DNA from: Squalus acanthias
Taxonomy: Eukaryota
Direction of reading: 5' to 3'
Length of the DNA: 64,000 nt
Assembly: GCA_030390025.1 (NCBI GenBank)
Contig: CM059438.1
Span: 65,102,001 to 65,166,000, forward strand
Below the pieces are notes generated by a model that did not search any database, was not told the DNA's origin, and was given only the letters and a program-made list of their open reading frames with translations. Positions 12,101 through 24,147 of this stretch are shown piece after piece. The stretch's first letter is position 1. The number at the start of each line of letters is the position of its first letter. The translations under genes were made by a program, and so were the position numbers.

Positions 12101-13915
12101 CTACTTGTGTGTCATCTTTCTCTTACGCGTGCTTCTACGAGGTGCAACCCCTGTGGCTTCAGCCTGCTCACTTTCCTGCTGCAACTGCTTAGACATTCTT
12201 GACGGACGTCCTCTGGGTTGTGGAGCCTCTGAAGGCCTCACCATTGCCTGCTCCTCCTGCGACTGTGCAGGGGCAAACTCAGCCATCGCTGTCCAAGGAG
12301 GCATGTGGGGCTCTGACTGAGGGGGTGGCAACGGGGGAGAAGTGTAAGCGCTTTGAGAGGCATCCACACTTCCATGTCCCCTCTCACTGTCATCCCTCTC
12401 CTGGGCCACCCGCACTTCCCTGCTAGCAAGGAGCTGGAGAGCACCTTGCTGCACATCAGTGGGACCATGAGGACCCATGTCTATGTTGTCATCCCTCCTA
12501 GAGAGGCGGTCTATGAGTCTCTGCCATCTATTCTGCATAGAGACCATGTGCTCCTGTGACGTATTAGCTGCTCCATGCAGATGGTCATCCTATCCATGGA
12601 AGAGACTACAGTCGACATCGCCTGCGACACGGTGGTACTCATGTTGGAGATGGACTCCTCCATTCTCTGAACATTTGCAGACATCGCGCTCGCAAAACCT
12701 GTCAGAGCCTCCTGCACTTCTTCCTGCACCTCCAGCATCGCCCTCTTTCTGGATGGCCCCCTGAGGCTCAGCGTCTGCATGCAGCTGAGCAGAGCTGGGA
12801 GCGTCCTGCGCCCTCCGGCGAGGAGTCTCCACTGCTGTCTCTGTCTCCACCATCTGCTCTTGCTCACTTGTGACAACACTACTCTATCTCACGTGGGACC
12901 CACCGAGGTGTGCGTCTCTGCTCTGGTGTTGGGTGCGCTTATGTCTGTTGACACTGCGCCCTCAGAGGCTGGAGGCTCCTCTGAGGAGTCCTCTTCTTCC
13001 TCCTGGGCATTGGAGGAGGCGGGCGGGGGCTCTTGATGGACCTGTGGGAGAGTAAAGAGATGAGTTAGATATGCCATATGAAGAATGGGTACAGATACCA
13101 TTATGCACATGATGACCATTCAGTGGCTGATGACATCAGTCCCCATATGAGTGACTGCTATATGCCATGTAGCTGTATGATATGTAATTCTGTCACCAGG
13201 TTGCTGAGATGTCCCCCTCTCTCTGTCTCCCACCTCCAGCTGCTTGGCCGCTCCCGATACTTCCAACACAGCCTCCTCTGCTGTTGTGAGGGTGGCAAAT
13301 GATGGAGGCCCACCTCCAATTTTCTCCCTCTTTTTCTCATTGTGCGCTCTCTTTTCCTGCCAGGAGGGAAAGAGAAGGTTGAGTGAGAGTGATGAATAAG
13401 TGTAAGGAATGGATTCTATGATGGAGTGGGGTGGCAATGCCAAGTAGCTTCCTTGTGTGTTGTTAGTCAGTGTGATTGCATTAGGGTGAGGCCGAGTGTG
13501 AGGGATGACTAGTAAGATGGGGATGTGATAATGTAGATAGAGAGAGAGGGATGGGTGGTCATGCAAGGTATGTTGGTGTGAGTAAGGATGTGCAGGAGTA
13601 GGGTTGAGAAGGCAGAGTGATGACGATGTGATGAGAGGCACAGCAGGATGAAGTTGAGTGTGGCTTTATACTCATGTTTACTGATCTAATGTGATCATTG
13701 AAACGTTTCTGGCACTGCACCCAGGTCCTCTTGAATACATCTCTGCTGTGCATCTCCTCTGCTATTTGGAACCAGGCTCTTTTTTTCTCCTGGGGAGGTC
13801 TCTTTCGCCCATTCGAAGGGAAGAAGACCTCCCTGTGTGCTCTGACTCCCTCCACAAGCATGTGGAGGGAGTCATCGGAGAACCTGAGTGCAGTCCTCTG
13901 CCTCTGTGCAGTCAT
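12101..13915 (-). pseudogene. Spliced Myb/SANT-like (trihelix) DNA-binding protein gene of Harbinger A, decayed
   Basis: Exon 1 MTAQRQRTALRFSDDSL..AWFQIAEEM..RTWVQCQKRFND; exon 2 ~13358-13197 EKRAHNEKKREKIGGGPP..LTTAEE; long exon 3 ending in basic PRRSTRKRK. Confidence 0.85.
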
Positions 13916-15739
13916 CTCTCCAACTGTTTGGAGCAATGAAAACCTCCAATGCAGTGGCTGCACACTCCAAGATGAACCTTCAAATGCAATGTGGGCATGA
14001 CTCCTTTAAATATCCCAGCTGAAAACACGTCATGGATAACATCATCTGACCCGCACCATTTAATAGGGCCGGGTAACGCGCAGGGCGGGCTTAATAGGCC
14101 CCATTAGAGCAAAGTTGATTTCTGCAGCGGGATGGAAGCAACAATGGGGTTGCGACCCGCCACGCCAACCGCCCACACCCGACCCGCCCAGGTAAAGAAA
14201 ATTCCAGCCTGTATCTTCAGAAAACGAGGTGCGAACACCAGGATTGATAGCTTCCATTAATGAATTTACCTGACAGCACTGAGGTTTGTTCATCTGCTTG
14301 ACACCCTCCTCCTCATCTCTGCTCCACAGATTAAATTCTGATGTTACATCGTAAAATAGCGATTGATGTAGTTCAGTGGGCGATATCTCCAATGCAATAA
14401 ATAAACCCTACATAACTTCAAAAAAACCCTAACATACAAAACATACAAGAGCCATACGTTGAAGTGTAAAATAGCGTAAAAATCAAAATGAAAGAAAAAT
14501 CAATCCTGAGTTTAGGCTGTTTTCAGTGAGTTGTGAGAACTGGTCAAAATTAGTGGTATATGGCCTGCAACCGTGTATTTTCCATTTTTAATTGGCACAG
14601 AATACAACACTTCTTAATGATTAGATTAGACATGGCAGTAAACTCTGTTAATCACAGCTCCCAGATAATTCAAATACTTGTTCAGCTTGTTGGTTTTTGA
14701 ACCCGCAACTTGTAGCAAAACAATGAGTTTCTGGCAAAGTAGATGGTCGTGATTAGAAGGTCAGATAAAACCTGACCTGCGCTGGGGTAAAGTGTTGTTC
14801 AGTCAAAGTACCACAAATATTAAGTCACAATCCAACGTCTACAATGCATTGCTACAATTGGTTGACCCTAAAGTGCCTGAAACTATGACTGACTTAAAAA
14901 CATAAAAACTCACCACACGGCACAATGTACAAGACAGAATGTGTTCTGGTACTTGATATTACTTGTTTAGATTCCGAAAGAAAAATGAGGCTAGAAATTA
15001 TTTCTACTTAGCAGGCCATGTAGTGCATCATTTATGCAATCATGAGGCTGTATCCTAATTAAGACAGTAATACTGAAATTTTAAAAAGTCATATTGGAGA
15101 GATTTGGTGCAATATTAGATTGTGTTTTGAAATACAATTGGATTGCATTTGTGATTTCCTGTAGTTTTGGACTCCACCTTGGAAGGGTAGGGGGGCGCCC
15201 ATGAGTTTACTTCTGTCTCTGGTTGGGAGATAGTCTGCAGGTTGCTCAGAAGAAGCAGGCAATCTCGAGAATTTGCTGAGTATTTTCCATGTGTCATGTA
15301 ACTAAACAGTTGGAAGTTAATCCAACAGGATTTAGGCTGATTTCTTACTCTGAAGAATCTCAAAATACAGATTTTATAACAATGTGGGTCAATTGTGAAT
15401 TCGACCCAAAGCCAGCTTTAGAACAACTGCACATATTATCGACAGCAGATGTTTTCCCATGGCCTGCTGGAGTGAAGGGTGCCCTTGTTCCTGAATATGG
15501 TGATGCACTATAACGATTGTCTTCTATTGCAGACTGTAAGACGTGGCATGAATTCATCTAATTTATGTGGAAGTAATTTTAGCTCACAAGGTATTAGTGC
15601 AAGTGTGCATTTCACAGTAACACTTAGAGACACATTTAAGCCCAGCTATGGTGAGATGTCTTTTATAGTGTTATTATCATGTCAGCTTGACTCAGTTCGT
15701 AACATATTTGCTGTGAGTCGGCAGGTTGAGTGTTCAAGC

Positions 15740-16122
15740 TGACTCGCGCACTGGAGCACCTAATCTAGGCTGACACTTGTGTAATACTCAAGCAGCGCTG
15801 CATTGTTGGAGGTGTCGCCTTTCAGATAGGACTTTAAACTGACACCCCATCTGCCTGACCAGGTGGAAATTGGAAGATCCGACGGCGCTATTCAAAAGAG
15901 ACCAGAGAATCCTCCGGGTCCTCTGGCCTTCCGCACGTAACGCTACCAAGAGCAGATTAGCTGGTCATTCATCTCACTGCTGTTTGTGGGCTTCGGTTGT
16001 CTGTAAAGCAAGTCATATTTATTAACCTAACAACGCGGTGTGTCAAAGGAATTCATTGTGTTTGAAGCACTTTGAGACGTGTCAGTCATAAGAAGGTGAT
16101 GTGTAAATGCAAAATGTTTCTT
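15740..16122 (+). mobile_element. Old SacSINE/DeuSINE-like SINE
   Basis: Degenerate match to the 865-1275 copy (CTAGGCTGACAC, GATTAGCTGGTCATTCATCTCACTGCTGTTTGTGGG, GTAAATGCAA). Confidence 0.7.
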
Positions 16123-16579
16123 CTGTGTTTTGCTAAAACTCACATCTCTATGGCTGTAAGGTGCCATAAAAATTCTTTCCATCAAAACATATTTATTTTA
16201 TAAATGTATATATGCAAACCTGGTTGAGAACAAATAATTGTTTCAGAATCTTTACATGGGTCATTTTGTTTGGTTTGCTGCTCAGCATTCAGCCGACAAT
16301 GCTACGGCCAATTTCAGCAAACCGCAAAGCCCCACAAACAGCGATGAGATAAATGATCAGCTAAGATGTGCTGATTGAGGGATAAATGCTGGCCAGAAAC
16401 TTGCAGAGAGCAGGGACTGAGAGCAGATTAGAGAGAAATTGTAGCGTGCTGGAAGGGTGGAGGTAGAGTCGGTGGGACAAGTGCTAAGTACTGTGTATCC
16501 GAACAAGAAAATAGGTTACAGAAGAATGGTGTTCAAATCTCCAGGGATGAAGTTGAAAGAAATCTAACGGCTTCAGTAG

Positions 16580-17070
16580 ACTTGAAGCGTAACATATCCA
16601 ATCAAAAAAGCAAACAGAATGCTGAACCATACAGCCAAAATGGTAGTGTCCAAGTCACATGAAGTCCAGCTCAAAATGTACAGTACTCTGTCAGACCACA
16701 TCTTGAGTACTGTGTCCACTTCTGGTCACCAAACTACAGGAGAGGCATTCACGCACAGGAGGCACTTCTGAGAAGACAGTGAGGTGGCATCACCAGAAAG
16801 GCTGGAAAAACTTGAAAGAAGGTGAACGCGAGTTGTACATGTGTGTGTGTTGTATGATCGTAAATGGAAGAATTGGAACAGTACTTGACGCTACACCGTG
16901 AGACCAGCAGAAAGGGGCCAGGTTCAAATTTAGGACTGATGCGGGGAAGAAATTATTCACACAAAGAGCGATGAAGACTTGCAATGGATTTCTGAGTAGG
17001 GTAGTGTAAGTGAAGATAATGGAATCAATAAACAAACAATTGGATACCATGTAAGTTTTATTTTGGATGG
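16580..17070 (+). mobile_element. Old CR1 3' fragment
   Basis: GTCAGACCACATCTTGAGTACTGTGTCCACTTCTGGTCACC encodes VRPHLEYCVHFWSP, a CR1 ORF2 C-terminal motif. Confidence 0.75.
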
Positions 17071-17185
17071 ATGAAGTAAGTTGAAGAGAAGAGCCTTTCT
17101 CAACTGTAGGCACCATGTGTGTACCTCAGCATGTTGTTTCACAAATTTCCCCGGATACTAGGTGGAAAATCAAAAGGTGCGGTAT

Positions 17186-17322
17186 CAATGTTCCCTCTTG
17201 CGCTCTCTGCCGGTCCCGCGCAATCCGGGACCTGTTTTTACAATGTGAAATTATAATGTGAATGGGCCGCTCGGCCCGTTAAAGGGACCGTGCACCCAAA
17301 TTTAAAATTAGGGGGAACATTG
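17186..17322. mobile_element. hAT-like MITE, same family as 3420-3575
   Basis: TIRs CAATGTTCCC / GGGAACATTG; degenerate 8-bp TSD TGCGGTAT / TGTGGAAT. Confidence 0.8.
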
Positions 17323-19956
17323 TGTGGAATAGAAGTGGAACATGTCTCTGAAGTAAATGGGGGAGGGTTGCATGATTTAGCTCGATCAAAGTCCCGACTC
17401 AGGCACTGACTGGAACGCAGAGCCTTTACTCTGGATGGTACATTGGATCTCAGTTGACATGGGCAGGGAAAGAGAGAACATGAAAAGCCCATTTAAAAAC
17501 ACTTCTCTAAAACAACCGTAGGATTTGACCAAAATCCTGACTCTGTTTTCAAAAGCCCCCTCCATTATTCATGCCGAATGCACCACATGCCCAATGAATT
17601 AACAATGCCAGACAAAGTATTCGGCACAGAGTTGGGAACGGCAAGTCTCACTATAGCAGCGTAACCTTTTTTATTAAGAGATGTGCATTTTTTAAATGTT
17701 GATGTATTGCTTCTGATTATATTTACAGAAGGTGATGATGAGTACACCAAACTAACGTGTCTTGGCCCTTCAAGATGCAAATCCTTTTTGTTTATGCCAG
17801 CGTGCTTTTTGTGCTCATGTATCAGATTTGCTATTTCACAACTAGCCTGCGGCTTTTTTTGTCCCAGTATTCTCTGCTTTCTTGCTTCTTCTTCCAAATT
17901 CATTGACTGTTGCTGGGGTACAGTTCCAGACGCATTAGCAGCCTTCCAATATGTCACCCAAGATGCCCTTGGTTTTGTCTCCTCTCCAAAGAAAACGCCT
18001 TGATTTGGCTTATTTTGTGACAATGTCGCAAATAAAGTGAGTGATCACTTTAAGGGGCGGGGTTCATTTTCTGACTGTCACATACTTTACTTATCAATTA
18101 TAGAGGGTCATCGGTGAGAAAGGGTGACTTCTCTTTGCATTCCACTTGGGACCTCACATTGACGGCTGGGCGGGCGTGGGAGGGGAGCAAAGAGAGAGGA
18201 AACGAGGTTAAAATCGTTTTTTAAATTGTCATTTTTCTGATGGGGGGAGAATGGAACGACTTACTTGCTGCACTGTGCAAATATCGTTAGCAGCCTGAGC
18301 AAGTGTGAAACCTCTGACCTGCACCTGTCTGTCAAATGAAATAAAATTCTCTCACAAACCACAGGTTATACGCATAATATGGTAATTGTATATTCTAAAT
18401 TAACAGCAAAATGCTAACCTTGTCAGAGTCAATGACCTAGAGCAGAAATTGTTGTGTAAGCTTAGAAGAGCAGACATCAATCTGAACCAAGTGCACCCAG
18501 GAGACCTAGGGAAAGGAAATTAAGATATAATATTATTAAAAAAAAGTGTAGACATTTCTGTCAGGGTGAAAGAGCTGTGGGGTATGTTGTAATTAAAGGA
18601 ATGGCCTACTGTTTCATATTAATGAAAGCCATTTGAAAACTACCGCTATGTTCTGTTTGTCAGTGGTTGCTGACTTGATCATCACATTGTAACACATTTA
18701 CCTCACGCTCAGTGATTTGCAAGAGCTCAGGCAGGAAAAAAATGTCAATATCCCTGTGAAATGCTTGCAGCAAAATGAATAAATTATGTTGGCACAATTT
18801 TTCAGAACAGTCGCTTCAATAGCAGTGATGCATTGAGTGACTTGACACCGCAACAGGTGAGCCAGTCTGTCAAAGAGGTAGGAGGCACTGCAGTCAAAAT
18901 CATCAAATGTCCTTCCGCCTTCAGTGCCCACGTTTTGCTTTGCTTGTTTGGCACCCGGTTACTCTCTGGCTCGCATTCATCCTGCTTTATCACTGGTGGT
19001 TTTCATTCAGCCCTTACACTGTTGCTCCCTGGAACTACCTCCACAGATCCCTCCATTTCCCACTCCCCAGCTCCTTCTCAAGTATGTCCTCGGTCCCCTC
19101 CCCTTAACCTGCTTTTGCTGTTCCGACCTGCTCAGCACTTTCTGTTTTACCTCTTGAGTGATAAACAGTTTTCTATACGTCTTCGGTGCTATAGAATTGC
19201 AAGCTGCTATCGATTTTATTGGGGTTCATTGCTACTGATGAATCACAAGTTGAATCCTTCAATTACAGTAACCAAAGCAAATATGTATTGAATTGAGGGA
19301 TGAGATACCAATCTTAGATATCTGTTCATTTGGATATCAGCAAAGCGCAATCGCAGTAATTCAACACGGGATGTTAATATTTATATGTTGGATAGATGTT
19401 ACTGTCCTCAAAAGATATAGAAGGGTGTTATACTCCAATGATTGTCTGCAGTATGAAGTAGATGGTGAATTTTTCTGTGTAATTCTTTATTGAAGCTAAT
19501 CTGATAACAGGAACCAGGTACTCTGTGCAGTCCTGCATCACGCTTTACTTTGATGGCCAAACATTTCTGGGATCAAAGTAATCAATTCTCCTTCAATGTA
19601 GAGGAAAAGAGAATTAATTTCCCCCCCCCTTTACTCCCCTTCATGCTGGAGGACATCACAGCAGAGCGCAATCCTTATAGCATTTAGATCAGCACTTTTC
19701 AACAGGTTCAGTGATTCGGAATGGAAACCCTACTGATTTCCCTATTACAACCCCCCCTCATCCCCCTGAACTTAAGAATGCTAAGATCCATTTTAGCTTC
19801 TCTACAACCACTCTATGTGAGCTCTGTGACTTCAGAAGATTAGGTTTTGAACCTGAGCTTCCTGAGTCTGCATAGCCCAGTGTCACACCAGATGGTGCAC
19901 TTGTCTGCTCTGTCATGGAGGTCCAAGCTTGTTGTCTTCATGGGCCACAATAGGTG

Positions 19957-20541
19957 TGTTACCTCTAGACTCAACTATTCCAATGCTCTCCTGGCCAGCC
20001 TCCCACCTTGCACCCTCCATAAACTTGAGCTCATCAAAAGCCCAGCTGCCTTTATCCTAACTCAAACCATGTCCCGTTCACCCATCACCCCAGTGTCCGC
20101 TGACCTACATTGGCTCCCTGTCCGACAACGCCTCGATTTTAATATTCTCATCCTTGTTTTCAAATCTCTCCATGACCTCGTCCCTCCCTATCTCTGTAAC
20201 CTCCTCCAGCCCTACAACCTGCCGAGATCTCTGCGCTCCTCCAATTCTGGCCTCTTGTGCATCCCCGATTTTAATCGCTCCTCCATTGGTGGCCATGCCT
20301 TCAGCTGCCTAGGCCCTAAGCTCTGGAATCCCCTCCCTAAACCTCTCCACTTCTCTACCTCTCTCTCTCCTCCTTTAAGACGCTCTTTAAAACCTACCTC
20401 TTTGACCAAGCTTTTGCTCGCCTGTCCCAATATCTCCTTATGTGGCTCGATGTCAAATTATGTTTGATAATCGCTCCTGTGAAGCACCATGGGACATTTT
20501 GCTACATTAAAGGCGCTATATTAATTCAAGTTGTCGTTGTG
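19957..20541 (+). mobile_element. L2 LINE 3' portion
   Basis: TSRLNYSNALL..HKLELI..PITPV.ADLHWLPVRQRLDF.ILILVFK..RSLRSS, typical of the L2 ORF2 C-terminus, plus tail. Confidence 0.88.
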
Positions 20542-21557
20542 TAGCATGGAGCCTCGGGAGTCAGGTAGGAAGTATCTGTCCATGTTCCCATTAGCTTGCA
20601 CGTGTCTCCAGTTGTTGATACGGACGCTCTTGGTGCTTTGATTTACGATTGAGCCACCCATGAGGCAACAATGCTAAAAGCTGCCCTTTTTAAACTTGCA
20701 TACCCACAACATTCAAACAGAACAACCAGCGAATAAGAAATAGAAACACAAATAAGACTGAGCTGCCTGGTCTTTGAAGGCCGAGTATCAGGGCTGGCTG
20801 TCCAAATGTGGCTCCCAGCCAACAGTTTGGACACTCCTGTTTGAAGCTAATGAGAATCAAAATGTATATTAAAAATTCAATGTGTCTTTGATGCAAGCTC
20901 GATAATACTACCTTGCTTGTCAGTCAGTTGCAGTCAGACATCTAATCTCAGGGGTTCAGACGGTGAATATAAACCACTTGTCGATTTTACAGGTTCTGAT
21001 GACATCTGAACCCTTGATTCAGTTACCGTGCTGTAACTTACTGACAACTATCCAGTGACAGCTGTATGATTTCCTGTCGCATTTTAGTTTTGAATCGTTA
21101 TCTCCTCTGTTCGAGATAAAGGGTCAATAGATACAAGGCATTAACATGCCTTTCTGCTAATACAAAAGCAAAATACTGCGGATGCTGGAAATCTGAATTA
21201 AAAACAGAAAGTGCTGGAAACACTCAGCAGGTCAGGCAGCAACTTCTTACAATTTAGTATACTGTATTCGCTGCTCACGATATGGTCTCCTCTGCATTGG
21301 GAAGACCAAACACAGATTGCGTGATCGCTTTGCTGAACACCTCCGTTCAGTCCGCAAGCGTGACCCTGAGCTTCTGGTCGCTTGCAATTTTAATTCTCCG
21401 TCTCACTCCAATCTGAACTCTCTGTCCTGGGCCTCACACACTGTTCCAATGAAGCTCGAGGAAAAGCACCTCATCTTTCGATTAGGCACTTTACAGCCTT
21501 TCAACTCAATGTCGAGTTCAACAATTTCTGATCATAACCTCTGCTCCCATTTATTCA

Positions 21558-22763
21558 TGATGCGGAGATGCCGGTGTTGGACTGGGGTGGACAAAAGTGA
21601 GAAGTCGCACAACACCAGGTTATAGTCCAACAGCTTTATTTGAAATCACAAGCTTTTGGAGCTGCTGCCCCTTTGTCAGGTGAAGTGAAGGAATACGAAT
21701 CGGCAAAGCATATATAGATAGAGAACAATGCCTGTGTAGCGTACAATGTCAGACGACTACAGTTAATCTTTCTGACTGCCTTTTATCACACCTCGGCAGA
21801 GAAACAATCAGGTCAGGAAGGCATTATATCAAAGGCATAGCAAGATACAGCTAAGACAATGAGGTGGGGTCACAGGGGGTCTAATGTGTCAAATGCAGTC
21901 TGTATGGAAAACCATAAACTTTAACATTTTTACTTTTTTTAAACTGGAAATCACATCTGTGAACAAGCCAACGATGACTCGAGTCTGGATGACTCTACGT
22001 CATGTAGCGTGACATGAACCCAAGATCCTGGTTGAGGCCGTCCTCATGGGTGCGGAACTTGGCTATCAGTTTCTGCTCGATGATTTTGCGTTTTCGTGTG
22101 TCTCGAAGGCCGCCTTGGAGAACGCTTACCCGCAGAACCGAGGCTGAATGTCCTTGACTGCTGAAGTGTTCCCCGACTGGGAGGAACACTTCAGCAGTCA
22201 AGGACATTCAGCCTCGGATCTGCGAGAAAGCGTTCTCCAAGGCGGCCTTCGAGACACACGACAACGCAAAATCATCGAGCAGAAACTGATAGCCAAGTTC
22301 CGCACCCATGAGGACGGCCTCAACCGGGATCTTGGGTTCATGTCACGCTACATGACGTAGAGTCATCCAGACGCGAGTCGTCATTGGCTTGTTCACAGAT
22401 GTGATTTCCAGTTAAAAAAAAGTAAAAATTTTAAAGTTTATGGTTTTCCATACAGACTGCATTTGACACATTAGACCCCCTGTGACCCCACCTCATTGTC
22501 TTAGCTGTATCTTGCTATGTCTTCGATATAATGCCTTCCTGACCTGATTGTTTCTCTGCCGAGGTGTGATAAAAGGCAGTCAGAAAGATTAACTGTAGTC
22601 GTCTGACATTGTACGCTACACAGGCATTGTTCTCTGTCTATATATGCTTTGCCGATTCGTATTCCGTCACTTCACCTGATGAAGGGGCAGCAGCTCCGAA
22701 AGCTTGTGATTTCAAATAAAACTGTTGGACTATAACCTGGTGTTGTGCGACTTCTCACTTTTG
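21558..22763. mobile_element. Second-family Penelope-like insertion forming a 1.17-kb palindrome
   Basis: Arms 21592-22172 and 22183-22763; both encode the GIY-YIG C-terminus (EHFSSQGH..EQKLIAKFRTHEDGLN); 12-bp TSD CCCATTTATTCA (21546-21557, 22764-22775). Confidence 0.92.
22672..22709 (+). ncRNA. Minimal type I hammerhead ribozyme motif
   Basis: TCAC-CTGATGA-a-GGGGC-agca-GCTCC-GAAA-GCTT-GTGA: intact core, stem II, palindromic AAGCTT stem III, stem I TCAC/GTGA. Confidence 0.8.
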
Positions 22764-23014
22764 CCCATTTATTCAGACAGCAGGTGCGGGTAATGATTCT
22801 GTTGTTGTCATTTATAGCTCCTCTCGACCCATCTTTTCTTACTTTATGTGTCCCATTACCTCCCCCTTTTGCTTTGCACCATCATCCCTTTTGTCATTTA
22901 ATCTCTCCTGCCTTCCACCCTATCACAGACCTTCCCTTTTGTTCTTCCCTCCCCTCCCCCCCTTTCCTTTGGCTCTGCACCTGCTTAAAACCTGCTACAC
23001 CTCGAACTTTTTCC

Positions 23015-23051
23015 AGTTCTGACGAAAGGTCAGTGACCTGAAATGTTAACT
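23015..23051 (+). ncRNA. Minimal hammerhead ribozyme motif, second family, one stem III change
   Basis: AGTT-CTGACGA-a-AGGTC-agt-GACCT-GAAA-TGTT-AACT; related copies show CGTT at stem III. Confidence 0.65.
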
Positions 23052-24147
23052 CTGTTTCTCTCAACACCAATACTGCCTGACCTGCTTGAGTGTTTTTTTT
23101 TTTCGGCATTTTCTGTTTTTATTGCCTTTTTGCTAATCTTTGGGAACGACTTCAATCCCTGTTATATGAATTTAAAAATTGACTTGAACTGATCGGAATG
23201 CGTACTCGACAGAAAATGTACCTGGATTGTGTTGTTTCCGTCACAGCAGACACTGTGCGTGCCACGGACAGACCGTCAATTTGTGAGAAGCCTATTTCTG
23301 TTACTGCATGTTTCCTTTCTTCTCCATGACAACGCTGTTTGCCTTTAGGGAACAACCTGTAAACATTACTCTGCTGATAAAACTGCTAGAATGTTCGGTT
23401 TTCAGTGCATCTTGGAATAGGGTACAAGTGCAGACAGCTAAGTCCTGCAGCGATTGCAAGTTTCCTGTTTACAAGAATGAGTGTGTTCTCTAAAGGAACA
23501 GATGTCCCAGCACATTCTTTCATTTCACTTTAGCTGTTTTGCAAGCCAACGTTGACACTATACACAGCAGTATCATTTTTTTTTAGTCTCGTTTGTAGTT
23601 TGCCTGCATTAAAGCCCCTTTAAAATGGCTGCTGCAACTGCATGCTTGGAGAATTCCTGCTATCCTTCTACCCTGAATTCCAGTGGATCTTCCTTTAATT
23701 GGGGCTCATTTTATATGAACCTTCCATTACTGTACCGGCTGCCCTGTACACCTCCTCTCTGGTTTCCTCCAGCAATGTCTTGTAGATGCCTTTTGATGCA
23801 TGGGAGGCGAAATTCATTATCACCCACGAATGGACGCTAACTTCGGAAAAGTTTGAGATGAAATGAATCGCGCTGCACGCAAACTTCAGTGTCATCGCTC
23901 AAAGAAAGGATGGGAGCGCTAAATCAAGCGCTAATGACCGAGCTCAGTGGCGTTAGACTCAAAGCGCTAAGCAATTTCAGGTGCAGTCTAATCACTAGTC
24001 ATCGTTGCCACAGGCTCTTTCCAGTTCTTAAAGGGGAGGTTCGTTCATGCTGCAGAACCTCACTCAAGCATTGCTGGTTCTGCAGCTGTCTCAGCAAGCA
24101 GCAGAAGGCCCAGGAGAAGGAACCGGACCACTGAAGGAGGTGTCATT

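Larger units (their letters stand above)
10487..14211. mobile_element. PIF/Harbinger DNA transposon A (two genes, decayed)
   Basis: TIRs CAGGCCGGAATTTTCT (10487-10502) / AGAAAATTCCAGCCTG (14196-14211) enclosing convergent transposase and Myb/SANT genes. Confidence 0.88.
21162..23122 (+). mobile_element. Penelope-like element (GIY-YIG remnant, 3' region with hammerhead, inverted terminal copy), split by a second Penelope insertion
   Basis: LVYCIRCS..GL.CIGKTK.RLRDRFAEHLRSV GIY-YIG motif at ~21250-21360; 21162-21241 is an inverted copy of the tail; 15-bp TSD TGCCTTTYTGCTAAT (21147-21161, 23123-23137). Confidence 0.85.

Noticed and set aside
17565..18023. 152-aa minus-strand ORF in unique sequence
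   Set aside because: No recognisable domain, non-ATG start and no supporting exon structure
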